Shown here one piece after another: positions 18,307 to 28,497 of a DNA stretch of 64,000 bases. Below the pieces are notes generated by a model. The model ran no database searches, was not told where the DNA came from, and saw only the letters and a list, made by a program, of their open reading frames with translations. The stretch is taken from contig CAYIBX010000003.1 of NCBI GenBank assembly GCA_964361785.1, positions 4,769 to 68,768 on the forward strand, written 5' to 3'. The DNA comes from an uncultured Gammaproteobacteria bacterium (GTDB lineage: Bacteria; Patescibacteriota; Microgenomatia; UBA10105; UBA927). Made by a program: the position numbers and the translations under genes. Every line of letters starts with the position of its first letter. The first letter of the stretch is position 1.

Positions 18307-18869
18307 TATCCGCGTTCAAGATACGTTCCAGTTTCAGGATCTATCCCAATCGTATCGCCTTCTTTGATAAAAAGAGGAACGGTCACAATAGCGCCAGTTT
18401 CTGTCGTTACCATCTTCGTGGCTCCTGACGATGAATTTCCCTTAACCCCCTCAGAACTCTCTAATACCTTTAGCCAAATCTTTTTGGGAAAACGCACACC
18501 TACCGCCTCATCACCCAACACCAACACTTGATACGTATCGTTGGATCGCAAATATTTTACAAAGTCAGAAAGCAATGATTTTTTAATGTTGTATTGTTCA
18601 AAAGAAAAATTATCCATGAAAACAAATGCGTCGCTTTCTTTGTACAAAAACTGCATCTCTCTTGTCACGACATCAAGCTCTGTAGCCGACTCCCCAGACT
18701 TAAAGGTAAATTCTATTACCTTTCCACTTGTGAGCGACTTTAGTTTTGTTCGTACAAAAGCAGAGCCCTTCCCAGGATTTACAAAAGTCATATCGGTCAT
18801 CAGGTTTGGTTCCCCCCGAAACTCAATAAATATGCCTTTTTTGAATTGTGTGGTGGTTATTTTTCCCAT
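18306..18869 (-). CDS. efp: elongation factor P
   Basis: 'NPGKGSAFVRTKLKSLTSGKVIEFTFKSGE' matches the EF-P loop that carries the modifiable Lys. Confidence 0.9.
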   Translation of the reverse strand: MGKITTTQFKKGIFIEFRGEPNLMTDMTFVNPGKGSAFVRTKLKSLTSGKVIEFTFKSGESATELDVVTREMQFLYKESDAFVFMDNFSFEQYNIKKSLLSDFVKYLRSNDTYQVLVLGDEAVGVRFPKKIWLKVLESSEGVKGNSSSGATKMVTTETGAIVTVPLFIKEGDTIGIDPETGTYLERG

Positions 18870-18909
18870 ACAGAGTGTTATTATCCCATGAGTAATGTCT
18901 TTGAGACAA

Positions 18910-19368
18910 CTACACTAAAAGTTTAAATACCTTGCGAGCATGTGTGCCACCACGCTTTTCATAAAATTTGTGGGCACGGGTAAGCGGCAAACTCGACGTT
19001 AATTCGATTGTATGGATATTGTGATCTTTGGCAAACTGTTTAATAAACTCCAGAAGTTTCGTACCAATTCCTTTCCCCCTCAGTGTTTTTTCAACAATAA
19101 AATCGTCAAGATGGGCAAATGGCTTTCCCGTAATAAAATCATGCAGGATGAAAAACGTTGCCGCTGCTATAATCCTGTCATTATCTTCCACGATAAATAC
19201 TTTTCTATCCTCCCGCTTGATTGCCTCCAAATAATTCACACGCCCTTTTTCATGAGCTCTCACATTATCAGGATCAAAGCACACAAGCTCATTTACTATC
19301 TCACCGAGTTGATTTAAAAGGTGAAGCACTTGGTCACAATCAGTTTCTGTAGCAAGTCGTATAGTCAT
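18910..19368 (-). CDS. GNAT-family N-acetyltransferase
   Basis: 'RGKGIGTKLLEFIKQFA' is the acetyl-CoA-binding motif. Confidence 0.8.
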   Translation of the reverse strand: MTIRLATETDCDQVLHLLNQLGEIVNELVCFDPDNVRAHEKGRVNYLEAIKREDRKVFIVEDNDRIIAAATFFILHDFITGKPFAHLDDFIVEKTLRGKGIGTKLLEFIKQFAKDHNIHTIELTSSLPLTRAHKFYEKRGGTHARKVFKLLV

Positions 19369-19373
19369 AAAAT

Positions 19374-20435
19374 TTATGAAAGTAATTCCTCAATAGGAAA
19401 AAATAACGTGTCTTGAATTTTCTCTGTATCAGCAAAGAGCATGATCAGTCTATCAACGCCGACAGCAATTCCGCTGCACTGCGGCATTCCAACTTTAAGC
19501 GCGTCTATAAAATTGTGGTCATATTCATACGTAGTACGGTGTGCGCGTTTAATCGCTCGCAGCTCTTCTTTAAATCGCGAATCTTGTTCTTTCCAATTAG
19601 TAAGCTCTCCATAACAATCGCCAAGCTCCAAACCTTCAATGTAAAATTCAAATCGCTCAGCAAATCGTGGATCAGAATCTTTTTTACGCGCAAGAGCTCC
19701 CATGACAGAGGGAAATTCATACAGGATTGTCGGTTTTCCTCGCCCAAGATTGTGTTCGATTTCATTTAAAAAAATTTGGTTAAATAACGCTTCCCATGTC
19801 GTATGTATTTCTACTGCATACCCTTTCTTACGTGCAATAATTCTGGCTTTTTGTTCATCTAAGAATTCATTAAAATCTATATGTGCCCATTTATTGAATG
19901 CTTCTGTCACCGTTAATCTCTCCCATGATTTTGAAAGATCAACATGAGCATGTTGATACAGCAATTCTTTCGTAGTCCTTCCATTAGAAATCTCAAGAGA
20001 ACGCAATAGGTATGTATTAATAAAAAGAAGTAGGTCTTCACAGTCTTTCATGATCTCTGTATACCCTACCCCCACACGATACCACTCCAAAATCGTAAAC
20101 TCTGGGTTATGGGTGATACTTTGTGTCTCCATGTTTCGAAAGCTTTTCGTCACACTAAAGCAGTTGCCGATGCCGGCCACCAATAATTTTTTGAGCGGCA
20201 CCTCAGGAGACGTTGAAAGATATGCGCGTGTTTTATTTCTATTTCTATCCAATAAGCTTGTTTCAAAAACTTCCAAATAACTTTCAGCAGGTGGGTGGCC
20301 AATGAGGATCGGTGTTTCTACTTCATGAAACCCTTGTCCCTCAAAAAACAATCGTATCGCTCGAAGCACGCGCTCTCGCACAAAATACTGTTGCCACAGC
20401 AAGGGGTTTTCTTTTAATTTTTGCCACGTTTTCAT
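19374..20435 (-). CDS. epmA: EF-P lysyl(beta-lysyl) ligase EpmA (GenX/PoxA), a truncated class II LysRS-like protein
   Basis: Class II aaRS catalytic core ('FRNMETQSITHNPEFTILEWY', 'GIAVGVDRLIMLF') without an anticodon-binding domain, 353 aa, adjacent to efp. Confidence 0.75.
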   Translation of the reverse strand: MKTWQKLKENPLLWQQYFVRERVLRAIRLFFEGQGFHEVETPILIGHPPAESYLEVFETSLLDRNRNKTRAYLSTSPEVPLKKLLVAGIGNCFSVTKSFRNMETQSITHNPEFTILEWYRVGVGYTEIMKDCEDLLLFINTYLLRSLEISNGRTTKELLYQHAHVDLSKSWERLTVTEAFNKWAHIDFNEFLDEQKARIIARKKGYAVEIHTTWEALFNQIFLNEIEHNLGRGKPTILYEFPSVMGALARKKDSDPRFAERFEFYIEGLELGDCYGELTNWKEQDSRFKEELRAIKRAHRTTYEYDHNFIDALKVGMPQCSGIAVGVDRLIMLFADTEKIQDTLFFPIEELLS

Positions 20436-20444
20436 TTCGTAGGG

Positions 20445-21098
20445 TTATAAGAAGCGAAGTACTTTTGCTTTTTGACGAAGCTCTGCAAACCATCCCTGCA
20501 ATTTTTCTGCAACTCCGCTAGTTATAATTGCTTGCTTTGCTTCTGTGCGAAGAGCTCCCTGATCCGTTGCCACGAGTGTCGCGCTATTTGTAGAAATATA
20601 GGCGTCGATATCTTTTTCAGAAACAACCATGTCTTTTGACAAAAGTTTTTCAACAGTCAATTGGAGCAAAACTTGCTTTTCAAAATCGCTTTTTGAAAGT
20701 CCCTGAAATTTTAACAGCTCATCAAGAGACACATCTGCTCCTAAACTTGCGACGATTTCTTTTTCTTTTGCTTCAAGGTCTTCTTTTGATATTATGATCC
20801 CTGCCTTTTTTGCCTCATCTTTGATAAGCATTTCGCCAATCATTCCCTCTAATGTTTGTTGACCAAACCTTGCACGCAATACACTGTGAAGCTGCCATGT
20901 AAAAATTGGTTTACCATTAACCAAAGAGGCTACCACCATGCCCTTATTCATACCAAGCAATACCAAAAGTAAAACAGCAAGAGCTACAGAAACTATTTGC
21001 ACACGTCTTTTATTGGAAACTGGTTGCGTTCTGTAATTAGATACTATCTCGAGAGAATCAACCTTCGTTGTTTGTGGAATGACTTTTTTCTTTTTCAT
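20445..21098 (-). CDS. SurA N-terminal-domain-like periplasmic chaperone (PrsA/SurA-like, no PPIase domain)
   Basis: N-terminal transmembrane helix followed by a helical chaperone-like domain. Assigned by weak similarity. Confidence 0.4.
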   Translation of the reverse strand: MKKKKVIPQTTKVDSLEIVSNYRTQPVSNKRRVQIVSVALAVLLLVLLGMNKGMVVASLVNGKPIFTWQLHSVLRARFGQQTLEGMIGEMLIKDEAKKAGIIISKEDLEAKEKEIVASLGADVSLDELLKFQGLSKSDFEKQVLLQLTVEKLLSKDMVVSEKDIDAYISTNSATLVATDQGALRTEAKQAIITSGVAEKLQGWFAELRQKAKVLRFL

Positions 21099-21138
21099 AT
21101 AGAGTTAAGGATATCACATCGCAACAATAAAGAACAAG

Positions 21139-21678
21139 TTGTATTTTACTCTTCACTTTTTCTCTCCAATCTTCTATAGTCATACTATTATTTATTCTAC
21201 TCGTTGGCTCCTTCATATGGCTATGAAAAAAATTTTTACACACAGTGCTTCTTGGCGCACAAACAGTATTCACGTGGCCGCAATTGTTGGATCAATCACC
21301 GTAATTGCGATCATAAGTTTTTTTTCCTTCATCTATATACAATGTACTTTTCCAATTATGAAGCTCTCTTGGGCTACTGAGGTGTCAAAAAATACGTGCT
21401 CACTCTATGCTAACAATTTTATAGAAAATAATGTTCTTGGTGCTCAAAATCAAAACACTTCAGGTGACATATCTACTCTTGAAAAATCACGGGACTATTG
21501 GCTACAAACCATAACTACTCATCCAGACTATGAAGATGCGTATGTGCAGCTTATTATTCTTTCGTATCAATTAAAAAACAACGAGGGCGTACGTCGCTAC
21601 ATTAATGCTCTCACAATACAAAACCCAATTCATAGTCAGCTGAATTTACTTATAAAACTTCTCGACAATGATAAGTGA
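21139..21678 (+). CDS. hypothetical membrane protein with a TPR-like C-terminus
   Basis: 179-aa ORF. The start may instead be the internal 'MAMKKIF'. Confidence 0.4.
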   Translation: MYFTLHFFSPIFYSHTIIYSTRWLLHMAMKKIFTHSASWRTNSIHVAAIVGSITVIAIISFFSFIYIQCTFPIMKLSWATEVSKNTCSLYANNFIENNVLGAQNQNTSGDISTLEKSRDYWLQTITTHPDYEDAYVQLIILSYQLKNNEGVRRYINALTIQNPIHSQLNLLIKLLDNDK

Positions 21679-21688
21679 AGCGCTCGAA

Positions 21689-22396
21689 TCATTTTTTCTC
21701 TTCTGAGGGAGTCGTCGTAGGTGCTTTTTCTTTTTCACCATCCTTTGCTTCACCTGTGCCCTCAGTTGGGGTAACTCCCTCAGAAGCCGCGGCTGCTGCA
21801 GCTGCTTTTTCTGCCTCAAGCGCTTCTTCTTGAGCTTCTTTGCTGACGATTGCGGTAGCCTTTACTATACCCACCGATATGTCTGTGAGTATGCTAACTC
21901 CCACAGGGATAACAAGGTCTGAGACTAGCACCTCTTGATTTAAGTCAGTGAGCACTGAAACATCTACTTCAATTTTCTCAGGGAGCTCTGCCGGCAACGC
22001 CTCAACTTCCACCTCAGACAATAGTGTTAATAATACGGCCGTCTTAGAAACGACAGTGGGTGCCTCACCAACAAAAATGAGCGGCACGTTTGTTTTTACT
22101 TTCTGTTTAAGATCTACTTGATAAAATTCTACATGAAGTATGTCTGCTGACACAGGGTCCCTCTGAATATTGTGAATAAGCACTGGTTTTACTGTCGAAT
22201 CGACCGTCAACTCTATAACCCCTGTTTCTCCTGCGTGGGCAAAGATTGCTTTAAATGCTAGAGCGTCGACCTCTAAAGAAAGACTTTCAAGTCCCTTTCC
22301 ATAAACGTTTGCTGGGAGCGTTCCTTTCAGTCGTAAATTTTTGACTTTCCGGCCGGTATCCGCTCGTATCTTTCCAATAAGAGTATATTTTTTCAT
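21689..22396 (-). CDS. rplY: 50S ribosomal protein L25 / general stress protein Ctc
   Basis: 'KGTLPANVYGKG...LHVEFYQVDLKQKVKTNVPL' is the L25/Ctc signature, with an acidic C-terminal tail. Confidence 0.85.
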   Translation of the reverse strand: MKKYTLIGKIRADTGRKVKNLRLKGTLPANVYGKGLESLSLEVDALAFKAIFAHAGETGVIELTVDSTVKPVLIHNIQRDPVSADILHVEFYQVDLKQKVKTNVPLIFVGEAPTVVSKTAVLLTLLSEVEVEALPAELPEKIEVDVSVLTDLNQEVLVSDLVIPVGVSILTDISVGIVKATAIVSKEAQEEALEAEKAAAAAAASEGVTPTEGTGEAKDGEKEKAPTTTPSEEKK

Positions 22397-24861
22397 AGCG
22401 GCTTCTCAAACTCTATAGACATCTTTGCGTTTTTCCCAAGAGTTGTATTGTACTCAAGCCACCCTTGTTTTGCAAGGGCGCCATCTGATACAGCACGCCA
22501 GATAGCTGGGTACTGGATTGATATTTTCCAAGGAATTTTCTCTATCCCCGCTTGCTTTCCTATGACTATTGATAACGATGCACCTCGCGTAAACGACAAT
22601 GCCGAAAGTCGTGTCGTTTTCACAGAAAGTCGTTTTGACCGCAATGGATCGACAACGAGGTATACGCCAACAACCATGTTGTCACCCTCATTCCCCACCT
22701 CATAATAAGGGGCTTGTTGTACGCCCTTCGTATTATCCTTTTTTAGTGTAATCGGCGATCCATCAACTTCTATTGACTCTACGTTGGTATACTGAGGATA
22801 ATATGCTCGGATATACGAATGGTATTCCCCTCCCCCCTCAAGAATTTGTGCCGTTGATTTATTTATGATGTCGTACGTAAGCGCGTGGGTAATAGTCCCC
22901 GTGTCAGAAATCGTTATCGTGGATTCTGCCTCCCGTGATATAAAATAATTTACCTTATTCACCCCAAGGTTTGCCTCAATTACTTCCACATGCTCTGTTG
23001 TGCATGGGGCGTCTTTTGCATGCTGTACGCACGCCGCGCTCCCTATCCCTCCTGACCAGCCCCACTGTTGCAGTATTGAGGATAACTCTGTGTTTTGCAT
23101 GTAAAACTGTATGTCTTTGGCGTCAAGCGCGTCGCTTATGGCAGAAAATAACGCACCCACTGACAACGAAGAATTCGTCGTAATATGAGAAAGTAACGCA
23201 TTGGAAAGACTTCCCAAAAAATCTTTTTTTTGCGTAGATCCAGGGAAAAAATCGGTCTGTGTGTACAAAAGAGACTTTGCAAAAAAATTAGTTGAGGATA
23301 TTCGATCGTTATAATCTATCAAATCCAAAGGTCCGGTCATTTCCAATAATTTAGTAATAAATGGCACGCTTATGCCGATGACTCCATCTACCAAAACTCC
23401 CATCTCTTTTTCGTAAAAACGCGCAGCTTGTGCTCCCGAATGCGTAAAATTTGGATCCCAATTACTATCTCGCAAATACCAATGCTCTTGCCCTAATATT
23501 TCTCTTATTGGTATTGGTGGATCAATATGACCTTTAAGTTGTCCATCAGCAGTGTATACATCTTGTACGTCTATATCAATAATTTTTCCATCCAGAAATG
23601 TCACCAACGCTATACTACCAATGAATCCTCCTGTTGGTCGCAGCTCCATACTGTTTTGCAATAACACCATGTATGTTTGCTTCTTACGATACCCAGCTAA
23701 TTGGGGATACAGGGTAAATAATCTATCAAAATACGAAAGCTTATTGCGAATATTCTCTACCTTGTGTAATTGCGTTAAAGCAAAAGATTGAATCACTGGA
23801 ATCGTAAAAGGCAGTCGCTGACTCTCCATGAGGGTTTGAAGCTGCGTTTGTACAAGCGCCAAATGTTGATCAAGCTGGACCACCTCGGATCGCAACGCAA
23901 TGATGTCTGAGAGTCCTGTACCTGATTGACTATCGTCCTTTATACTAAACAGTCCTGTCACGACAGATTTTCCTGAAACGATAATTGAAAAGGCACTTTT
24001 TTCAGCGATTAACAGATTTGTCAATGTCAACACTACTCGTTCTTGATCGTTTATCACATGTTCGCCTACAAAAATCTTTCCTATTGGTGCCGCAATCCGA
24101 ACAAACATATCTGCAGTCTGAATTCCCCGATCAGCAAGAACGAGGGCTCGACGAGCAAATCGTAAGTTTGCTGACGTTATAAATTTACCCCCTGCATACA
24201 ATCCTGCGCCCGCCATGATAAGAGACATTAAGTATGACAAAACAAAAACTCCAATCCCCAACGCGACAACCGCTCCTACGATGAGAAATTTGTAAGCCGC
24301 GTGTTTCGTTTTATCTATTTGATGCAAAGAAGTTGGTTGAAATATTTGTTGCATTATTTCAGTTACGCGCATCTCATCGTTATTGTTTTTTTCGACAGAA
24401 GGAATCGGCTCACGTCTCGCTAGTGACGACATTACACTTTGAGATTGACATAAAGTCTGCTTTGTTCGGATTATCAACGATCTTGATGTTCCAGTAAATA
24501 ATAATAAAAGAAACGTATGTAACATCTCATCATCTATGGGTTTTGCGTTTGTAAGTACTATGTTAAATTTTCGACCAAGATACCCGCTTACTTCGTTCTC
24601 GCCGCCCTCATAGAGTATCAGGAGTGTTTTCTCTGCGTTTTGTGTATAACGCGCAATGATTTCTTTCACATACTCGTTATCACCCGCTACTATATGGTAT
24701 GTAATCCGTTCTTCAGTTTGACCATTCACAATCGTTAAGCACCCGTGCTTTGTAAGATATTCCCGCAACGGTTCTACGAATGCGACGTCTTGCGTGTGTA
24801 TCAGTGCGACGGGCATATGCATATTGCCGTTGTCAGATGGGTGGGCGGCTTTAAGTATCAT
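22393..24861 (-). CDS. large membrane protein with a cytoplasmic N-domain, one transmembrane helix and a ~570-aa extracytoplasmic domain (DUF4012-like)
   Basis: 822-aa ORF with a transmembrane segment 'FLIVGAVVALGIGVFVLSYL'. No catalytic motif was recognised. Confidence 0.5.
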   Translation of the reverse strand: MILKAAHPSDNGNMHMPVALIHTQDVAFVEPLREYLTKHGCLTIVNGQTEERITYHIVAGDNEYVKEIIARYTQNAEKTLLILYEGGENEVSGYLGRKFNIVLTNAKPIDDEMLHTFLLLLFTGTSRSLIIRTKQTLCQSQSVMSSLARREPIPSVEKNNNDEMRVTEIMQQIFQPTSLHQIDKTKHAAYKFLIVGAVVALGIGVFVLSYLMSLIMAGAGLYAGGKFITSANLRFARRALVLADRGIQTADMFVRIAAPIGKIFVGEHVINDQERVVLTLTNLLIAEKSAFSIIVSGKSVVTGLFSIKDDSQSGTGLSDIIALRSEVVQLDQHLALVQTQLQTLMESQRLPFTIPVIQSFALTQLHKVENIRNKLSYFDRLFTLYPQLAGYRKKQTYMVLLQNSMELRPTGGFIGSIALVTFLDGKIIDIDVQDVYTADGQLKGHIDPPIPIREILGQEHWYLRDSNWDPNFTHSGAQAARFYEKEMGVLVDGVIGISVPFITKLLEMTGPLDLIDYNDRISSTNFFAKSLLYTQTDFFPGSTQKKDFLGSLSNALLSHITTNSSLSVGALFSAISDALDAKDIQFYMQNTELSSILQQWGWSGGIGSAACVQHAKDAPCTTEHVEVIEANLGVNKVNYFISREAESTITISDTGTITHALTYDIINKSTAQILEGGGEYHSYIRAYYPQYTNVESIEVDGSPITLKKDNTKGVQQAPYYEVGNEGDNMVVGVYLVVDPLRSKRLSVKTTRLSALSFTRGASLSIVIGKQAGIEKIPWKISIQYPAIWRAVSDGALAKQGWLEYNTTLGKNAKMSIEFEKPL

Positions 24862-24974
24862 AGTAAAGAAGCACGTCTATAATTATTATGCCTGAGCTTA
24901 TGCCCGAAAACAACATGAATCATCATGCTGATCCTTGCGATTGACGATAATGTGACATGAGCATGACAAGCGCA

Positions 24975-25418
24975 CTATCTTGATGTTCTCTCATCCAAGG
25001 CGGCGTTTACTTGACGATCCGCTACTGTATTAAACTCCCTGCGAACCGCAATATAGCGTACTACCCCACCAAGCTCTTTTTCAAGCGCGCGAATGGAAAG
25101 AGCGTGCTTCATAAGCGTTGAATCTTTTATTTTAAACTTACCGTTTAACTGAGAAACCACAAGAAGTGAGTCAAGATAAAACTCATATGTGTTTGCGTCG
25201 CTATCAGATGATGATTGCATAGAAATCAATTGTTTGAGCGCGATAGAAACAGCGCTATATTCCGCAACATTATTGGTGGCAATTCCTATATACTTTCCGT
25301 AACCGTTAATTCTTTTCAATTTGCCATCTGGTTCTATTTGATCAATGATAACTCCCACCGCGGCATGTCCCGGATTACCTCTTGACCCTCCATCTGTATG
25401 AAGTATGTAGTGTTTCAT
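24975..25418 (-). CDS. rnhA: ribonuclease HI
   Basis: 'TDGGSRGNPGHAAVG' and 'NNVAEY' are the RNase H catalytic motifs. Confidence 0.85.
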   Translation of the reverse strand: MKHYILHTDGGSRGNPGHAAVGVIIDQIEPDGKLKRINGYGKYIGIATNNVAEYSAVSIALKQLISMQSSSDSDANTYEFYLDSLLVVSQLNGKFKIKDSTLMKHALSIRALEKELGGVVRYIAVRREFNTVADRQVNAALDERTSR

Positions 25419-26689
25419 TGTTTTTTGTATTCACTCCATGCGCGTAATAATACTGAATGCGTGGCAACCAATACAAGTGCTTCTGAACAGAGGGTAATCC
25501 ACGCAGAAGCGTGCGCCCCATACGTCGGAACAAACAATACATTTGCGCCAATGTTTATCACCATTGCAATCAAATATATGACCGAAAGTTCCCATCGCTT
25601 ATTGAAAACAAAAAGCATCCACATTACAAGTGACGACAAAAAAAATAATGGCAACGATAAAGCTAAAATTCGTAAATACTCGGCGCTAGTAGAAAAATCC
25701 GGCCGTATAACCGAAAGAAATGGCGCCAAAATCCACACACTTACTCCAAACACAACGGAAAGAAGTGTTAATGCAAAACCAAGTTTTCTATACCGCGTCA
25801 CAAGGGAAATAAATGACTGTTGTTTGGATGTAAGCAGTATGGGGTATGAAGCGTTCATAATAAACGTAGGGATAACCAAAATCGTTTCAAAAAATCGGTA
25901 AGCAAATCCATAGGTACCAACTTCTATGGTGGTACGGGTGAGTGTCAATATAACGCTATCCGCGTGAGCATAAATGAGGTTTGCCATAAGCGTTAGCCCC
26001 ACAGGAAACGATGCCACAAACAATTTTTTCATATACTCGCCGTTATAGTGTGTCGTCAACCTTTCGAGCCGACTCATACAGATAAATGCAAAAACAGCGG
26101 ATGCGATGCTTGCGCTAAGGTACACGCCTGCACCAATAAGGGGTGGGGAGAAGGGGATTGTAGAAAAAAAATACAAGGCAAAAAGTCCTACAAAGCTTCC
26201 AAAACTCACGCTATAGAACGAATAGTCATACCGCAAATGTTTCTGAAACACTGCATTTGACGTTGTGATAATCGATTGAAACAGAATGGAGGGCGCATAC
26301 AACAAAATTCCCGTTCTCACTACCAACGTGTATCCGTCATTGATACCTACAGGGACAACACCAAGAAGAACGTACGCTATACCGAGTAAAACAAAAGACC
26401 ATAGGAGACGCAAAAAAAACAATGAGGGGAATGTGTATTGGGTTTGGGCGTCTGACAAATACACCGCATTAAACCCAAAATCCGCGATGATAAAAAATGC
26501 GCTTACATACATCACAACTTTCACGATGTCACCATAACCGAGAGGACCCAATAAGCGAGCAAGATACAGCGTGACAAAAAATGTCGTTCCCGCACCCACA
26601 ATTTTTCCTGCGAGTTGGTAAAAAATGTTCGTAGAAATTTGTATTGCTGCAGATGAAGATTTTGGTGACAAAAACATCTTGGTTTCCAT
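25415..26689 (-). CDS. polysaccharide/O-antigen flippase (Wzx-like MOP superfamily)
   Basis: Multi-pass membrane protein. The start was moved to 'METKMF' to avoid overlap with the upstream gene. Confidence 0.55.
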   Translation of the reverse strand: METKMFLSPKSSSAAIQISTNIFYQLAGKIVGAGTTFFVTLYLARLLGPLGYGDIVKVVMYVSAFFIIADFGFNAVYLSDAQTQYTFPSLFFLRLLWSFVLLGIAYVLLGVVPVGINDGYTLVVRTGILLYAPSILFQSIITTSNAVFQKHLRYDYSFYSVSFGSFVGLFALYFFSTIPFSPPLIGAGVYLSASIASAVFAFICMSRLERLTTHYNGEYMKKLFVASFPVGLTLMANLIYAHADSVILTLTRTTIEVGTYGFAYRFFETILVIPTFIMNASYPILLTSKQQSFISLVTRYRKLGFALTLLSVVFGVSVWILAPFLSVIRPDFSTSAEYLRILALSLPLFFLSSLVMWMLFVFNKRWELSVIYLIAMVINIGANVLFVPTYGAHASAWITLCSEALVLVATHSVLLRAWSEYKKQ

Positions 26690-26709
26690 TGTATCACCAA
26701 GATTTAGTA

Positions 26710-28035
26710 TTACGATCGATGGAAGCGCGAAGAAAGGTATAGGCCGATAAGCCACGCGGTGAGTAATTGTCCCTGCTGCAAGGACCACAGATAGTGATCA
26801 AACAATCCCAGGAAACCAAGAGCAATAAGAGCAGCTCCATATGCCGGAGTGTCAATGCCCACAGGGGTCAAATATTTTTTCATATGCCAGTAATAATAGG
26901 CGAGTATCATAAAGAAACCGCCAACCCCAACAATCCCTATCTCTGATAGCGCCAATAAATAGACGTTGTGCGTGGGCTGAATACCAACAATAAATATTAC
27001 GTTTCGATCTCCTGTAAAAGATAAAACAAAATTACCAAGTCCCACACCTGTTGCCCAATGGTTTCCTATAACGGAAAGTGCAAAAATGTTTAATTTCTGC
27101 CTCACCAAGACGCTTTCATCAGAAACACTCAGAGGCAACACAAAAAGCAAGCCCGTGATTAGTGTGCCAATGACGATCACCGAGCCAAATTGCAATAAAC
27201 GATTGCTCTTGTTTTGCGATCGAAAAACATATCGCCAAACCAAAAGCATTGCTCCTGTCACAATTACCACTCTACTCATGGAAAGAAAAAGCGCAGCGAC
27301 AATAATCGTCGGAACTAAATAATGTACAACGTTCGTATAGACTTTATTAGTCTTTTTGATAATATAATCCTTTAGTGAAACGAGTAGAAATAGCGCGATT
27401 GAGAGATACCCGCCTAATACGTTGGGGTGCGCAAATGTCGCATAGGGACGCAATAATAACTGGCACGACTCAAGAAAGGGAGTGCACACATGGCCTCGCG
27501 CTATCAGAGGAGTATCAATGGTAAAGAGACGTTCTCCTAAAAACCTAAAAACACCGCCCACAGAATGCTGCAGTATAAACTGTACGATCGCTACTATCGA
27601 TGAAAACAAGGCGCTTATTATCAACGCACGAAGGTACCATTTTTTTTCTTTACCATGAGAAGCGACATAAAAAACAATAAAACCAAACAATCCCGCCTTC
27701 GCCCATCGATAAAGAGCAATCTGCCAAGAAAAAGCGTTGAATATATTAAGCAGGGCAATGCTGATAACGGCCGCTGATAGCACTATATAAACGCGGTGTT
27801 TTTTAGACCAAACACGACTACTGCTTGGCGTAAGAAAAAGAAACGATAATGCCCAAAAAATCATAGCAGCAAGAGCTAAACAATCGGTGAAATAGACGGT
27901 TGGAGAGAGATAATCAATGCGTCTTCCTAAAAAAATCGTCCAGATTGGCCAAAAATGAAGCCCCAACTGAACAGGAATACAAAAACCGAGAATGCGCATC
28001 AAATACAAAGAGAATTTTTCTGCCCACATACTCAC
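26710..28035 (-). CDS. O-antigen ligase-like (Wzy_C) membrane protein
   Basis: Multi-pass membrane protein with a periplasmic loop. 'LALSEIGIVGVGGFFMILAYYYW' resembles the O-antigen ligase family. Confidence 0.5.
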   Translation of the reverse strand: MSMWAEKFSLYLMRILGFCIPVQLGLHFWPIWTIFLGRRIDYLSPTVYFTDCLALAAMIFWALSFLFLTPSSSRVWSKKHRVYIVLSAAVISIALLNIFNAFSWQIALYRWAKAGLFGFIVFYVASHGKEKKWYLRALIISALFSSIVAIVQFILQHSVGGVFRFLGERLFTIDTPLIARGHVCTPFLESCQLLLRPYATFAHPNVLGGYLSIALFLLVSLKDYIIKKTNKVYTNVVHYLVPTIIVAALFLSMSRVVIVTGAMLLVWRYVFRSQNKSNRLLQFGSVIVIGTLITGLLFVLPLSVSDESVLVRQKLNIFALSVIGNHWATGVGLGNFVLSFTGDRNVIFIVGIQPTHNVYLLALSEIGIVGVGGFFMILAYYYWHMKKYLTPVGIDTPAYGAALIALGFLGLFDHYLWSLQQGQLLTAWLIGLYLSSRFHRS

Positions 28036-28038
28036 ATC

Positions 28039-28497
28039 TTACGACTTTGGTCTCACAAGAAGCGTTCTGTTTTCGCCTTCGCCAGTTGATTCTGTTTGGA
28101 CACGATCATCTCCTGAGAGTGTTAAATGAACGATGCGCCTTTCAGACGGTGAAAGGCGAGGCAAATCAACTTCGCGACCCATAGAAACTGCGCGATCTGC
28201 AGCTCTAAGCGCCATATGCATGAGCGCTTCTTCTCGCTTCTCTCTATAGTCGCCAACGTTTACATAAATCTTTACCCATCTACCAAGCTCCTTAGAAACA
28301 ATAATGCCCAAAATTACCTGCATACTCTCAAGCGTTTTTCCATGATATCCTATAAGAAGCCCTGTTTCTTCTGTTTCAATCGCCACGCGAAAAGCATCTG
28401 TTTCATCCGTAGACACCGAAACAGCACCTGTTAATTCAAGTTTTGACAGAACCTTCTCTGTAAGCTGTTGAATATGAGTGGTGTCGTCCATAACCAT
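28039..28497 (-). CDS. khpB: RNA-binding protein Jag/KhpB (KH + R3H)
   Basis: R3H motif 'RLSPSERRIVHLTL'. The gene sits downstream of yidC as in the conserved operon. Confidence 0.8.
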   Translation of the reverse strand: MVMDDTTHIQQLTEKVLSKLELTGAVSVSTDETDAFRVAIETEETGLLIGYHGKTLESMQVILGIIVSKELGRWVKIYVNVGDYREKREEALMHMALRAADRAVSMGREVDLPRLSPSERRIVHLTLSGDDRVQTESTGEGENRTLLVRPKS

